Shown here one piece after another: positions 35,101 to 46,071 of a stretch of DNA of 64,000 nucleotides (position 1 is the stretch's first letter; each line of letters begins with the position of its first letter). The position numbers and the translations under genes are program-made. Source of the stretch: Amphiscolops sp. MND2022 (taxonomy: Eukaryota); NCBI GenBank assembly GCA_964187785.1, contig OZ076409.1, positions 69,876,001 through 69,940,000 on the forward strand. Direction: 5' to 3'. The notes under the pieces are model-generated. The model did no database searches and had not been told where the DNA came from. It was given only the letters and a program-made list of their open reading frames with translations.

Positions 35101-36537
35101 AAGAGAAAATAAAGGAAATAAGAAGACAAAAATGCTTCGAAAAATAACGTCATGAATTTCTTTTTCACTTTTAACAAGCAAGGTCTTGACTGTGTTTTGG
35201 TCGGTGTTTTGTAGAAAAAACACGACTCCTACAGTTGCTACTTTTTTTCAGCACACCCTAAAGCGTCCACCTGGATATTTAGTTTTGAAAAATCACCACG
35301 AATCTTCTAATTTGGAACTTCGAGTCTAGTTACTACTGGTGTTTTTTGTATATACCATTGTACATTTATTTCAAACCTTTACAAGACATTTTGAGATTTT
35401 TCCCGGCCCTGTGAGACTGCTCGAAAATTTTTCCCTCTCAGGGGTTTCCTGTTGGTGGTTTTGGGAATTTGAAATAGCGTTTTCGAGCCTTAAGTGTCCC
35501 CTTTGGCGCTGTGCTACTTCGAAAAATTTTAACTTGAAGAAAATGGTCCTTTTTGGTAACATTGATATTCCAAAGACGGGAAAACGTTTTCTGACCTTTA
35601 AAAAATCTGACTTTCTCTGACTTTTTTGGCTATATGAATCAGGCAAACGTTGCTTTTTGAGAAAAAATCTTGAGAAAACCTTCAAGATATCTATCATCAA
35701 ATTGGTTACTTGCAATTTCAAAAATTTCTAATCCAAAAAAAAAAAACGTTTTTCTTCAGTCAGCTTCAAACCTGATTTTAATGCTTGTACAAAAACCATT
35801 TTAACGAATGCTGACACTTGTCTCGGAAAGCGTTATAGCAAAGGGGTTAGACGGCCGTTAGGGTTCAATGAAAGCCGTTCCAGGAATGACGACTTCGAAC
35901 ATAAGGAACTTCGCGAGAGCAGGCAAAATGTGTTTCTACTTGGCCCCACACCGTTTTTTCCCAAGCAGACCAGAGTCTCTTAGCTTCAAGTGTTTCACCA
36001 GAGTTAAAAAGGGCGAAGATAGCACCGACTGGTCTCCTACCGAACTCAAATTCGCCTTCAATCCCCCATCGTTGGAGCTACCAAGTGAGTCCTACAGTTC
36101 TGTAACAATCTCTACTCAACTTTAGGAAAGTTTCCAGACTACTTTATAACAAAAAATCCTTGGCACAGCCTATGTGCTTTGCCTATGGACAGCAAAATAA
36201 TCTATAAATGATTGAACTTATACCTCAGTTGGATATCCGACTGATATCCTCTAAATAGAGGAAAATAAGGAGTGTCACTGTTTTCCTCTCGTTGCGGATG
36301 TGGAAGGTAGGTGTTCGAACCTCGTTGTCGTCATTTTTTTTAATTTCTGGAATCTTGTCTTTCCCTCGTTGTAAAAGAAAATCTCAAATGCAATTAAAAC
36401 TGTGTTGTACTTTGTTTTCTTTTTGATCTAGATAACTTCTTCGACTTCAAGGATATCCAAACTGTACCGAGAGATGACTCGAACAAGTACACGGCGCCAG
36501 GAATTTCAATTCTGGTTGAAAAAATGCAAATCAATAG
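11029..36537 (+). CDS. Divergent Na+/K+-ATPase (X,K-ATPase) beta-subunit-like gene, partial. Exons 11029-11153, 27622-27839, 30799-30958, 31271-31365, 35884-36084, 36432-36537
   Basis: All six exons are bounded by AG/GT, and the five joining introns have compatible phases (2,1,2,1,1), giving one open frame. It reads WKTFVWNKQAKRFFGIEPRQWARILMVFIWSICITCALSIAVAVCW (cf. ATP1B WKKFIWN..FLGRT..SW.KI plus TM helix), FVPRAFKHFP, FGPCA, GKMCFYLAPHRFF (cf. GKPCIIIKLNRV), SFKC and KYTAPGISILV (cf. KYLQPLLAV). Start exon and last exon unresolved. Confidence 0.75.
11444..13315 (+). repeat. 5' LTR (1,872 bp)
   Basis: Starts TGTCGCAGG, ends CTTACGACA; matches 25657-27534 (about 10 substitutions in the first ~330 bp, roughly 96-97% by eye). 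Contains CCAAT (11823) and a TATA-like TATATATA (~12596). Confidence 0.95.
12730..14447 (+). pseudogene. gag: Gypsy gag (starts within the LTR), two CCHC knuckles; disrupted
   Basis: The 3' LTR keeps ATG CCT GTA ACT (26945); the equivalent in the 5' LTR is AGG at 12730, in frame with ORF 13018-13473. One nonsense codon and a 1-bp frameshift near 13440 lead into ORF 13509-14447 (FDGKSEKFELFEDLF; CNYCKEKGHMVKDC; CSTCGKTNHPEERC). Confidence 0.85.
13316..13333 (+). promoter_or_regulatory. Putative primer-binding site of the Gypsy element
   Basis: TGGTGACAATAGAC.. directly follows the LTR terminal CA. TGGTGAC is compatible with a tRNA-Trp 3' end, but the match does not extend, so the primer is unassigned. 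Confidence 0.55.
14438..19169 (+). pseudogene. pol: Gypsy pol (RT, RNase H, integrase with GPF motif); protease not found; multiple frameshifts and stops
   Basis: SKYASPIFAQKKPNGKLRLLVDLRKIN; LDCSQAYH; QYVDN (YxDD decayed); TDASFGAAG; HRTATKHPG..CEEC; AIDVFSR..TDKGT..KLER; VGPF; final frame ends YNLRPNPNPNYSEDFRY* at 19169. Confidence 0.92.
19413..23433 (-). pseudogene. Antisense, intron-containing gene inside the Gypsy element: disordered N-terminus, BED-like zinc finger, hAT-transposase-like body (~1,240 codons spliced); three nonsense codons
   Basis: Exons 23433/23329-21605, 21533-21030, 20974-20840, 20729-20648, 20575-19413 joined by GT..AG introns 21604-21534, 21029-20975, 20839-20730, 20647-20576. 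Splicing fuses five separate ORF-track fragments into one frame. Zinc finger WCHICKKNISIKTKGTFEIIRHHRSEEH at ~21986-22069. Confidence 0.8.
24021..24293. repeat. Tandem duplication, 2 x 136 bp, inside the Gypsy element
   Basis: ATAATGTAAAATGTACATGG...TTATCCCTGTTAT at 24021-24156 and 24158-24293, 2 mismatches. Confidence 0.95.
24756..25745 (+). pseudogene. Extra sense ORF of unknown function before, and running into, the 3' LTR (acidic N-terminus); disrupted
   Basis: ATG 24756 with a frameshift into ORF 24781-25464, then frame 25494-25700 crossing the LTR start at 25657. The TAA at 25698 is TCA in the 5' LTR, extending the frame to ..EFVPGTLPIY* (25745). Confidence 0.6.
25657..27534 (+). repeat. 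3' LTR (1,878 bp)
   Basis: Direct repeat of 11444-13315, followed by TSD AGCCT. Confidence 0.95.
27622..27839 (+). CDS. Beta-subunit-like gene, transmembrane exon
   Basis: TTTTTTATAG| acceptor, |GTGAGT donor; WKTFVWN..FFG..WARIL plus hydrophobic helix. Confidence 0.85.
28596..28958. repeat. Possible MITE-like element with CGTAGTAAGA inverted motifs
   Basis: CTAGTCGTAGTATGACCG at the left versus CGATCTTACTACGATAG at the right (near reverse complement); the motif recurs internally. Confidence 0.3.
30248..30716 (-). mobile_element. Helentron/DINE-1-like non-autonomous element (intronic)
   Basis: AACAAG, GCCG-GAGA-CGGC stem-loop and AGTCGGTG at 30248-30275; other end AAGTCACG..GCGCAGACT-AAAA at ~30682-30716. 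Confidence 0.55.
30799..30958 (+). CDS. Beta-subunit-like gene, ectodomain exon
   Basis: Long pyrimidine tract ..TGCTCCAG| and |GTGAGA; phase 1 to 2; LPANADDFVPRAFKHFP... Confidence 0.75.
31271..31365 (+). CDS. Beta-subunit-like gene, ectodomain exon
   Basis: TTTTGGCAG| and |GTAAGT; phase 2 to 1; ends PPFGPCA. Confidence 0.75.
32411..32610. other. Assembly gap (200 N)
   Basis: Run of N; the exons on either side remain colinear and in phase. Confidence 1.
33494..33621. repeat. Perfect 128-bp spacer-less palindrome
   Basis: AATTCTAGTGGCC...GCATA|TATGC...GGCCACTAGAATT centred between 33557 and 33558; extends to 33485-33630 with 2 mismatches. Confidence 0.97.
34419..34872. repeat. Diverged inverted repeat (~65-bp arms), MITE/foldback-like
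   Basis: GAGTTTTTCAGTTACAAAACAGCGGAAAACT..GAATGA (34419-34483) versus the reverse complement of 34810-34872. Confidence 0.5.
35884..36084 (+). CDS. Beta-subunit-like gene, ectodomain exon
   Basis: TTCCAG| and |GTGAGT; phase 1 to 1; AGKMCFYLAPHRFFPSRP..SFKC..FNPP. Confidence 0.75.
36432..36537 (+). CDS. Beta-subunit-like gene, ectodomain exon
   Basis: TTTTCTTTTTGATCTAG| and |GTAGGG; phase 1 to 2; NFFDFK..KYTAPGISILVEKM. Confidence 0.7.
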
Positions 36538-37333
36538 GTAGGGTTCGGCTGTTACTCACTCCAGTCGTAAGGGGACTGACTGTTGGGAAATACCCCAGCC
36601 TGATCTGGGGTCTCCCTGACCTACTAACAAGTACGATGTCCATCTTGATGTTTGCTAGGTTGTTTTGAATACATTATTTATTGCCAAACCTGAAGATTTC
36701 CATTGTACAAGTTTATTGTGACGATTAAAAAACTGATATATCAGCAACTTTTTGAAAAATCTGTCATTGCGAGTTGTGCCGATTTTTACCTCTGCCATGG
36801 ATTAAAAGTGGGTTTGAATCTAGCTTAAGACTCGAATTACTTTGTTTTTTACTATTTTCCGCCCATATTCCATATGAGAAGGGAAAAGATTAAAATCAAA
36901 CTGTTTTTTACACAAAGTTTGCAAAGCATCAATTATATATTCAAAGTGAAGAGTGTCACCCTCAGAATTCAGCTCACATAAATTTAGCTCGGTGTGAAAT
37001 GTATTGGTAGAGATTATTGGACTTTTTTGAGAATGACGAAAATGACCCCATAATACCAAAATGACACCGATAAAACCAAAAACTCCAAAACTTCCCGATC
37101 TTTACCGTTTTTATGCATTTTTTGTCAAAAATTCACATAGAGTAGAATGCTGAAAACGATCACCAAGGCAAGAATTCGTTGTTTAGTGGTCGTTGATGAA
37201 GCGATAAATGCATTTTTAACCAAGAAAATCACCAAAAATGACACCAAAAACACAAAAAGTCCAAAAATTCCCAATTTTTGTCGTTTTTTACAATTTGTAT
37301 CAAACTTTCGAAAGATTTCGTAAATTAGAATGC

Positions 37334-37591
37334 TGTCACGAATAACTCAATGGATTTTCTGGATGAGTTTATCAATGGACTTTTCATTCCAATCAATTTC
37401 ATGATAACCTTCTCATTCACGACTTATTCACTTTTTTGGTTCTACTTTGCCTTGACTGGTCAGACATTCCTTGCTCTCATTGAATTATGGACATTATCAT
37501 ATAGACTGAATGTAACAAACTATGATGAATGAACGTTGACATTACTGAATAAACGCAAGAGATTTGTAACTAAACCCACCTATTTCTAACA
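37334..37591 (+). repeat. BEL/Pao 5' LTR
   Basis: TGTCACG...TTCTAACA with AATAAA near the 3' end; repeated at 46228. Confidence 0.93.
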
Positions 37592-37605
37592 TGGCGCCCA
37601 ACGTG
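37592..37605 (+). promoter_or_regulatory. Primer-binding site complementary to tRNA-Lys(CUU)
   Basis: TGGCGCCCAACGTG is the first 14 nt of the well-known tRNA-Lys1,2 PBS TGGCGCCCAACGTGGGGC, directly after the LTR. Confidence 0.9.
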
Positions 37606-37872
37606 TTCTTGGCCCGAACCTACGAAACAACCCTGCAATTCCATTTTGCTCTGCAAAGATACTTTGAGGGGATAAAATTGAGAAACAATTTTCAAATTTT
37701 GTTTGGTATTTTCTGAGGGTATCTAGTGAGCAAACTTCACCACGGTCTAAATATCCATCACATTTGTCTAAATTTCTTTCCAACAAGTCCTTCCGCCTTT
37801 TCTTTTCCATTCATCCGCTTTTACTCAAAAAACCCCACTTCAAATCGATAATTTGTTTGGAAATACAAAACG

Positions 37873-40800
37873 ATGCCAAACAATAGTTCCAAACCCAAAC
37901 CAACAATCGCTCTTCGCAATTTCCAGTTTGTTCAGATTCGCCACATCCACCGTCAAATAAAAACGGCGGTTGATAACCAGGACACTTTCTTTTGCATCCA
38001 AAAAGCCGAAAGTGATAGTGAACGTCTTCTCTTAGACGCCCACGATTCCACTACATACTTGATTGACAATGTGCCTCAGGACACCACAGCAGAACAAATA
38101 ATGAATGATCTCAAGGATCTCCAGGATGAATCCTACGCTGTGATGAGACTCTTAAAACAATCTCAGCTTCAGCATACCACGACAACTGGAAGCAATTCTC
38201 CATCAACCAGCACTGCTGTACCTCCCAACCCACAGTTGTCACCGCAAGTAATAACGGGTTCATCTGACAACAATCCGCACACGTCTCTGAGCAATGATGT
38301 CCAAACGTCTAATGCGAGTTGTCCGAAATTGAAAATTACTCCATTTGACGATAACCCAATGAACTGCAATCTCTGGTTCGGTTTATTCAAAACCTTGATT
38401 GATAGTAAACCACTCCACGATGCTGAGAAGATGTCACACTTACAAACGTTGACAGTCGGTCGTGCCAACGAAGCAATTCGCGGCTTCTCATGGAACAGTT
38501 CGATGAACCAGGCTGCTTTAGATGAATTTGAACACCGTTTTGGGCGGCCTGACATAATTGTCAACAGTTTCCTTGACAAATTACGTACTTTTAAAACGCC
38601 AAGTTTCCAAAATCCAACAACATTCATAGAATTCTCCTCGTTTGTGAACAACTTAGTAGAATGTTTCCGTCATTTAGGATTTGAGAACGATCTGAATTCG
38701 ACAATTTACACTCAAATCGCAGCTGATAAGTTGTCGCTGAATGACCGCCTTTGTTAGAACGAATACATTGTACAAAATCAGATTACACGTGTAACTCTGT
38801 TCGATTTCAACCGATGGTTACGACAATTTGCACTAGCTTGCGATCGGATGCCAAATGTGACGCAATCCAACCGCCCCAACAACAATATCGACAACCGTCC
38901 TCGTCATAGTTCTCCGTCTATGCGACCTGACCAACCTAAATGTCCTTTCGATAACCAAAACCACTACCTTGGACATTGTGAAACCTTCAAAAAGACGTCC
39001 GCTGGAAGTAGAAAGAAGAAATGCCTTGAACAGAAACGTTGTTTTAACTGCTTGGGTACACATACAGTAAAGGAATGTAAAAGTCAATTTCGATGTAAAT
39101 CCTGCAACGGTACGCATCATACATTGCTCCATGAGCCTTCATCATGCAATGAGAAACGACACCCTAGTCAATCGTTAACTACCATTGATAGCCACAACGC
39201 ACTCAAAGGAAGTAAGCCTTCACAACTACTTCAAGTGCTACCCGTATCTGTGAGTTCGAACGATATTACCCTCAACACGTACGCTCTGCTCGACATGGGT
39301 AGCACCTGCAGTTTTCTTCTTCAGGACTCAGCCGACAAACTCAATCTTACTTCTCGACTAGCGCAACCAGCCGAGCATATTTTTGTCAAAGGCATGCATA
39401 AATCCGTGGAACTTGAGGTACACCCAGTCAGCGTTCAAGTCAAAGGTTTCGCAATGGAGTCCCCCGCAACTGACATCAACAACTTACTTGTTGTAAACAC
39501 CCTGAAGTTCGATCACGCGTCGTCCGCAGTTTTGAACAATTTGTGTGAGAAGTATAGCCATTTGAACAATTTCACATTTCCATCGTTTTCCAACAATCAA
39601 ATCACTATGTTGATAGGAATAAACAACTTCGATTTGATTGTGCCAACTAAAGTTCTCACTGGTCCTCCAAATACACCTAGAACAGTTGAATGTCAACTTG
39701 GCTGGAGCATTACTGGACCAAAAAAGATCAACAAGATTTGCACTTCATCAACGACACTTCACATCTCAGTCCAGTCTGAAGATGATAAACTGTCGAATTT
39801 GGTGTCCACTTGGTGGCGACTAGAGTCACAAGCCACTTCTCGGGAATTAGCTCCTTCCAAAGATGACCGCCGCGCCCTAACAATATTGGAAAAAACGACC
39901 AAACATGTCGATGGTCGTTATGAAGTTGGCCTTCAATGGAAGGAAAACGCTGCATTGCCAAATAATTATGCCGCTGCTGTAAGTCACTTCATCAAAACTA
40001 AAGAAAAACTTGAAAAAGACGAAAAACTATTCAAACTCTACTCAAAAACAATTTCCAACGACATTGAACGAGGTTTCATCCGCAAAATTGATCACATTGA
40101 TATACCTGAAACGGGTTGCCTGCTACCAGAACATCCAGTAACTAATCCCAATAAACCGGGTAAGGTCCGCAGAGTTTCGAATGCTGCCGCGAAATATCGA
40201 GGTGTTTGTTTAAATGACATGCTTTTAACGGGCCCTGATCTCCTTGCAAATTTAGTAGGCGTGATATTCAGGTTCCGGGAGAAACCAATACCAATTTCTG
40301 CTGGTATCGAAGCAATGTATATGCAGGTTTCCGTTCGCCCTGAAGATACAAAATTCTTCCGATTTCTCTGGGGGAAAGACGAAGCTCAAATGTACGAAAA
40401 TATGCGTTATGTTTCCGGGGCAAAGTGTTCACCAACTTGCGCTAACTACGCCCTGCAAAAATGTGCTTCAGATCAAAAGAAAATTTATCCAGCTGTTCAC
40501 AGAATAGTTCATGAAAACTTTTACATGGATGATTTGTTTCTTTCAGTTGACACAATAGAGGAAGCAAAGTCTGTTATCAACGATCTAAGAAACGCTCTGC
40601 GACAAGGTTTCAATTTAACAAAATGGGTCAGCACTAACACATATGTTCTCAACTGTTTGCCGAGCGATGGACTTAGAGCGCCTCCAGGTAAACAAAATTC
40701 ACATGACCGTGTACTTGGTGTGCCTTGAAATTTAAACGAAGACACCTTGAGCTCAAAAATGACTCCGATGAACCTCGTCAGATGTGACATGACACAGAGA

Positions 40801-43062
40801 CAGCTATTGCAGGCAATTTCTTCGATTTTCGATCCTCTTGGAATTGCAACCCCTGTAACTATTCGACTTCGGATGATATTGCAAACTGTTTGGCGATCAG
40901 GAAAGAGCCCTTGACGGCTGAAATGTTTCCCAGTTTGAAACAAATTGCCTCTGAATTGGTCTGCTTGCAACCGCTAGCAATACTGCGACAATACTTCATT
41001 AGCGACAAACAGTCAGTAGACCTTCATGTGTTCTGTGACGTCTCATACGCCGCTATATGTGCTGTTGCCTACTTTGTTCTCAATCAAGGTGATACAATTA
41101 GTGTTGTTTTCGTTTTCGGAAAAGCTCGAGTCGCTCCCATTAAACTGCAAACTATTACGGAACTTGAATTGCAAGCTGCTCTTCTGGGATCACGTATCTC
41201 AAAATTTATTTGTCGTGAGCATCGCATCACTTTGTCTCGTACTTTGTTTTGGACCGATAGTAGTACTGTTTTGCAATGGATATACGGTTCCGCTAATCGA
41301 CAGCAAATTTTCGTTGCCAACCGAGTGGCCGAAATTCTTGAAACATCTCAGCCCTGCCAATGGCAACACGTGCCTGGAATTTTAAATCCAGCTGACGATG
41401 ACACTCGTGGGCTCAAAGTTTCTGATTTAAGGTCTCCTCCCGTTGGTTTACTGGACCTGATTTTCTTGCAAAGAAAGAAAGTCACTGGCCGGTAAATAAC
41501 ATTCCCACTGCACCATGTACCGAAACGCAGGTATTGTTTTTTGCCAAAGCAGACTTTAGACGTTTTCCAGAACCACTATTTAATAGCAACCGTTTCTCTA
41601 AATGGAACCGCCTCCTCAGATGTTGTGCCTTTGTTCAGAATGCCATAGCTAAACTCCGAAAACATTTGTCTACGACTGCTACTGCTCTCACCGCCACTGA
41701 TAAGCAGAACTCCCGCATCATTTTATTTAAGATATCTCAAGAACAGGCTTTCCACAAAGACATCATGTCGTGGAATCCACTTTCCCTTTGTTCGTCGGGT
41801 AACCGCTTGGCAAAACTCTCTCCTTTTCTTAATGAAAACGGATTACTTCGATCACGCAGTCGCCTCGCGAACTCCCAATTTGACTACGCGGTTAAACATC
41901 CCATTATTTTGGACGCGAAAGATCCACTTGTCAGACTCTTCCTTTTTCAAACGCATTGCGACAACCACCACTCAGGCGTTGAACATACTAGAAATACCCT
42001 TCAACTGCATAACTGGGTTTTTTTTGTCGCGCTGTTCTCAGACAGGTAATAAATGCTTGTCATGCTTGTCGGCGTCAGAAAGCCGCCGGTCTTCAACCTC
42101 AAATGGCAGATCTTCCCCTGTGCAGGTTTCCTACCGATAAACCGTTTCCGTTCCTTCATTGTGGTCTGGTTATTTTTGGTCCTTTTCCAGTTTTCAATAA
42201 ATCCACGGATCCAGTGCATCAGAAACGCTATGGACTCTTGATCACTTGCTTGATAACCAGAGCGGTCCACGTGGAATTAACATACAGCCTGTCTGCGGAC
42301 TCCTTCATAAATAGTTTCCGACGTTTGGTCTCTCGTCGAGGATGCCCTCGTAGCATAAAGTCTGACAGGGCCACCAATTTAGTGGGTGCTAACAAAAGTC
42401 TGAATGAAGCCATCAAAGTCCTGAACTCCTCCGATATTGCCAATTTTTTTGCAGTCAAGGAAATTCATTGGGAATTCAATCCCGCCTCAGCACCGCATTT
42501 TGGCGGTGTTTGGGAGCGCCTGATTTGGTCATTCAAAGACTCTATGTATTCAGTCATTGGCTCAAAAATGCTGACAGAAGAAATTCTTTTGACAGTTTTT
42601 GCTGAAGTCGAAAGCTTTCTCAACGCATGACCTTTGACGTATGTCTCTTCTGATCCTGAAGATATTGAGTCTCTTACCACTACCCATTTTCTTTTAGGAA
42701 AACCCGAGTTGAATGCTCCTCTTGGTATCTTCGAAGTCATCGCTCCTTTAACCAGACAATGGCAATACGCTCAAAAATTGTAATCATACCTATGGAACCG
42801 CCTACTGAAAGAATTTGTGCCTTCCTTGCGCCACCGCACAAAATGGACAAATAAATCACGTAATTTGAAACCAGGCGAACTTGTTTGGATTTTAGAAGAC
42901 AACACACCTCGTGGCATTTGGCCTGTTCGTCGGATCATCAAGCCTTTGAATTGCAATCGGAACGACCAGATTAGAAAATATGAAGTCAAAACAATCATGG
43001 GTAAAAGGACAATGGCTACTGTTAATTTAGCCCCTATTTTAGATGAAATTAATGCCATTTAA
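37873..43062 (+). pseudogene. BEL/Pao gag-pol polyprotein (gag, Cys/His knuckles, protease, RT, RNase H, integrase, C-terminal DUF5641-like), disrupted
   Basis: PKLKITPFDDNP..AEKMSHLQTL; CFNCLGTHTVKEC..CKSCNGTHHTLLH; ALLDMGS; LNDMLLTGPDLL..FYMDD; HVFCDVS..GKARVAP..LELQAA; QMADLP..RAVHVEL..SDRATN..GGVWERLI; KWT..LKPGELV..PRGIWP. Confidence 0.92.
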
Positions 43063-45649
43063 ATAATGTCCTCTCAAATTCACGAACTCAACGTTACATA
43101 GTTTGTATCATTTCAAGTTTCTGCTTTATGATCAATATGAGGTATCATACCTTCAAGTCTTCCACGACAAAGAATCTTTTGATTTCGGATTCTCAAGCAA
43201 AGAATCTTTTCTTCTCAAATTTCAATATTTTATCAATTCCTGGGGGGAGGATCAAGGACGTTTGGTTATTTCTACCGTCTCCTGGTGAATATGAAATAAT
43301 AGTTCTGTTCATTGGAGGAAATGACCTTTTCGAGTTCCAAAGACTTTCCGGGACTTCCTCCAAGAGCGCAGCTGACCAACTCAGTGAACTTGCTGAACAT
43401 TTAAAAGAGTTATCGAGTAAAGTTTTCATCATTGGCATTCCTCCTGGTATGAATCAACCTGAACGCTCCCTGGCAGTAAACAGTCTATTAGCTGAAACAT
43501 CTTCATACGTGGCTGATGTGCCTGGAATTTTAAATCCAGCTGACGATGACACTCGTCTTCTCAAAGTTTCTGATTTAAGGTCTCCTCCCGTTGGTTTACT
43601 GGACCTGATTTTCTTGCAAAGAAAGAAAGTCACTGGCCGGTAAATAACATTCCCACTGCACCATGTACCGAAACGCAGGTATTGTTTTTTGCCAAAGCAG
43701 ACTTTAGACGTTTTCCAGAACCACTATTTAATAGCAACCGTTTCTCTAAATGGAACCGCCTCCTCAGATGTTGTGCCTTTGTTCAGAATACCATAGCTAA
43801 ACTCCGAAAACATTTGTCTACGACTGCTACTGCTCTCACCGCCACTGATAAGCAGAACTCCCGCATCATTTTATTTAAGATATCTCAAGAACAGGCTTTC
43901 CACAAAGACATCAAGTCGTGGAATCCACTTTCCTTTTGTTCGTCGGGTAACCGCTTGGCAAAACTCTCTCCTTTTCTTAATGAAAACGGATTACTTCGAT
44001 CACGCAGTCGCCTCGCGAACTCCCAATTTGACTACGCGGTTAAACATCCCATTATTTTGGACGCGAAAGATCCACTTGTCAGACTCTTCCTTTTTCAAAC
44101 GCATTGCGACAACCACCACTCAGGCGTTGAACATACTAGAAATACCCTTCAACTGCATTACTGGGTTTTTTTGTCGCGCTGTTCTCAGACAGGTAATAAA
44201 TGCTTGTCATGCTTGTCGGCGTCAGAAAGCCGCCGGTCTTCAACCTCAAATGGCAGATCTTCCCCTGTGCAGGTTTCCTACCGATAAACCGTTTCCGTTC
44301 CTTCATTGTGGTCTGGTTATTTTTGGTCCTTTTCCAGTTTTCAATAAATCCACGGATCCAGTGCATCAGAAACGCTATGGACTCTTGATCACTTGCTTGA
44401 TAACCAGAGCGGTCCACGTGGAATTAACATACAGCCTGTCTGCGGACTCCTTCATAAATAGTTTCCGACGTTTGGTCTCTCGTTGAGGATGCCCTCGTAG
44501 CATAAAGTCTGACAGGGCCACCAATTTAGTGGGTGCTAACAAAAGTCTGAATGAAGCCATCAAAGTCCTGAACTCCTCCGATATTGCCAATTTTTTTGCA
44601 GTCAAGGAAATTCATTGGGAATTCAATCCCGCCTCAGCACCGCATTTTGGCGGTGTTTGGGAGCGCCTGATTTGGTCATTCAAAGACTCTATGTATTCAG
44701 TCATTGGCTCAAAAATGCTGACAGAAGAAATTCTTTTGACAGTTTTTGCTGAAGTCGAAAGCTTTCTCAACGCATGACCTTTGACGTATGTCTCTTCTGA
44801 TCCTGAAGATATTGAGTCTCTTGACACTACCCATTTTCTTTTAGGAAAACCCGAGTTGAATGCTCCTCTTGGTATCTTCGAAGTCATCGCTTCTTTAACC
44901 AGACAATGGCAATACGCTCAAAAATTGTAATCATACCTATGGAACCGCCTACTGAAAGAATTTGTGCCTTCCTTGCGCCACCGCACAAAATGGACAAATA
45001 AATCACGTAGTTTGAAACCAGGCGAACTTGTTTGGATTTTAGAAGATAACACACCTCGTGGCATTTGGCCTGTTCGTCGGATCATCAAGCCTTTGAATTG
45101 CAATCGGAACGACCAGATTAGAAAATATGAAGTCAAAACAATCATGGGTAAAAGGACAATGGCTACTGTTAATTTAGCCCCTATTTTAGATGAAATTAAT
45201 GCCATTTAAATAATGTCTTCTCAAATTCACGAACTCAACGTTACATAGTTTGTATCATTTCAAGTTTCTGCTTTATGATCAATATGAGGTATCATACCTT
45301 CAAGTCTTCCACGACAAAGAATCTTTTGATTTCGGATTCTCAAGCAAAGAATCTTTTCTTCTCAAATTTCAATATTTTATCAATTCCTGGGGGGAGGATC
45401 AAGGACGTTTGGTTATTTCTACCGTCTCCTGGTGAATATGAAATAATAGTTCTGTTCATTGGAGGAAATGACCTTTTCGAGTTCCAAAGACTTTCCGGGA
45501 CTTCCTCCAAGAGCGCAGCTGACCAACTCAGTGAACTTGCTGAACATTTAAAAGAGTTATCGAGTAAAGTTTTCATCATTGGCATTCCTCCTGGTATGAA
45601 TCAACCTGAACGCTCCCTGGCAGTAAACAGTCTATTAGCTGAAACATCT
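41370..45649 (+). repeat. ~2.13-kb tandem duplication inside the BEL/Pao element (41370-43502 and 43518-45649)
   Basis: The ORF set repeats with a 2,147-2,148 offset; about 14 differences by eye; 15-nt filler TCATACGTGGCTGAT at 43503-43517. Confidence 0.97.
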
Positions 45650-45889
45650 CTTTCTACAACTGCATGGCAATTCCGAGGAATATCGAGTTCTATTTACAAT
45701 TGTGATATTCACACAAAATCAGATGATGTACATCTTACTGAGAAAGCACTGAGCGGTATCAAATCAATTCTAAAGAAAAAGATACTTCGAAATCGATTCA
45801 ATGCAGTTTTAGACAATGTTGGTCATACAAGTTTATCTATATCTTCAAGGAAGTGCAGATGTGGATCTGCAAGAAATTCTTATTGCTGA
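45275..45889 (+). CDS. SGNH/GDSL-hydrolase-like protein (204 aa) encoded after pol in the BEL/Pao element
   Basis: Block I LLISDS, block II SIPGG, block III VLFIGGNDL, block V DDVHL in the expected order and spacing; uninterrupted frame. A truncated copy lies at 43128-43502. Confidence 0.8.
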   Translation: MINMRYHTFKSSTTKNLLISDSQAKNLFFSNFNILSIPGGRIKDVWLFLPSPGEYEIIVLFIGGNDLFEFQRLSGTSSKSAADQLSELAEHLKELSSKVFIIGIPPGMNQPERSLAVNSLLAETSLSTTAWQFRGISSSIYNCDIHTKSDDVHLTEKALSGIKSILKKKILRNRFNAVLDNVGHTSLSISSRKCRCGSARNSYC

Positions 45890-45927
45890 ATCAAAGTTCC
45901 GTCAATTTTGAGATACTTACTGCTTTC

Positions 45928-46071
45928 TTCAGTCCCGGTACTTTTTTTAAGTTCCACCGGCTAAACTATTCGCAGTTTTTTCAGCCCCGGTACTTGTTTA
46001 AGTTCCACTGGCTGAAGTATCCGCAGCTCTTTTCAGCCCTGGTACTTTTTTAAATTCAACTGGCTGACCGC
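45928..46071. repeat. ~3 diverged ~52-bp tandem units in the BEL/Pao 3' region
   Basis: TTCAG(T/C)CC(C/T)GGTACTT..TTAA(G/A)TTC..C(C/T)GGCT repeated three times. Confidence 0.8.

Noticed and set aside
37350..37532. 60-aa hydrophobic ORF repeated at 46199-46426
   Set aside because: Lies within the T-rich BEL/Pao LTR; the duplication is explained by the LTRs.
45928..46071. Short repeated units superficially like a CRISPR array
   Set aside because: Diverged tandem units without unique spacers, inside a eukaryotic retrotransposon, no cas genes.
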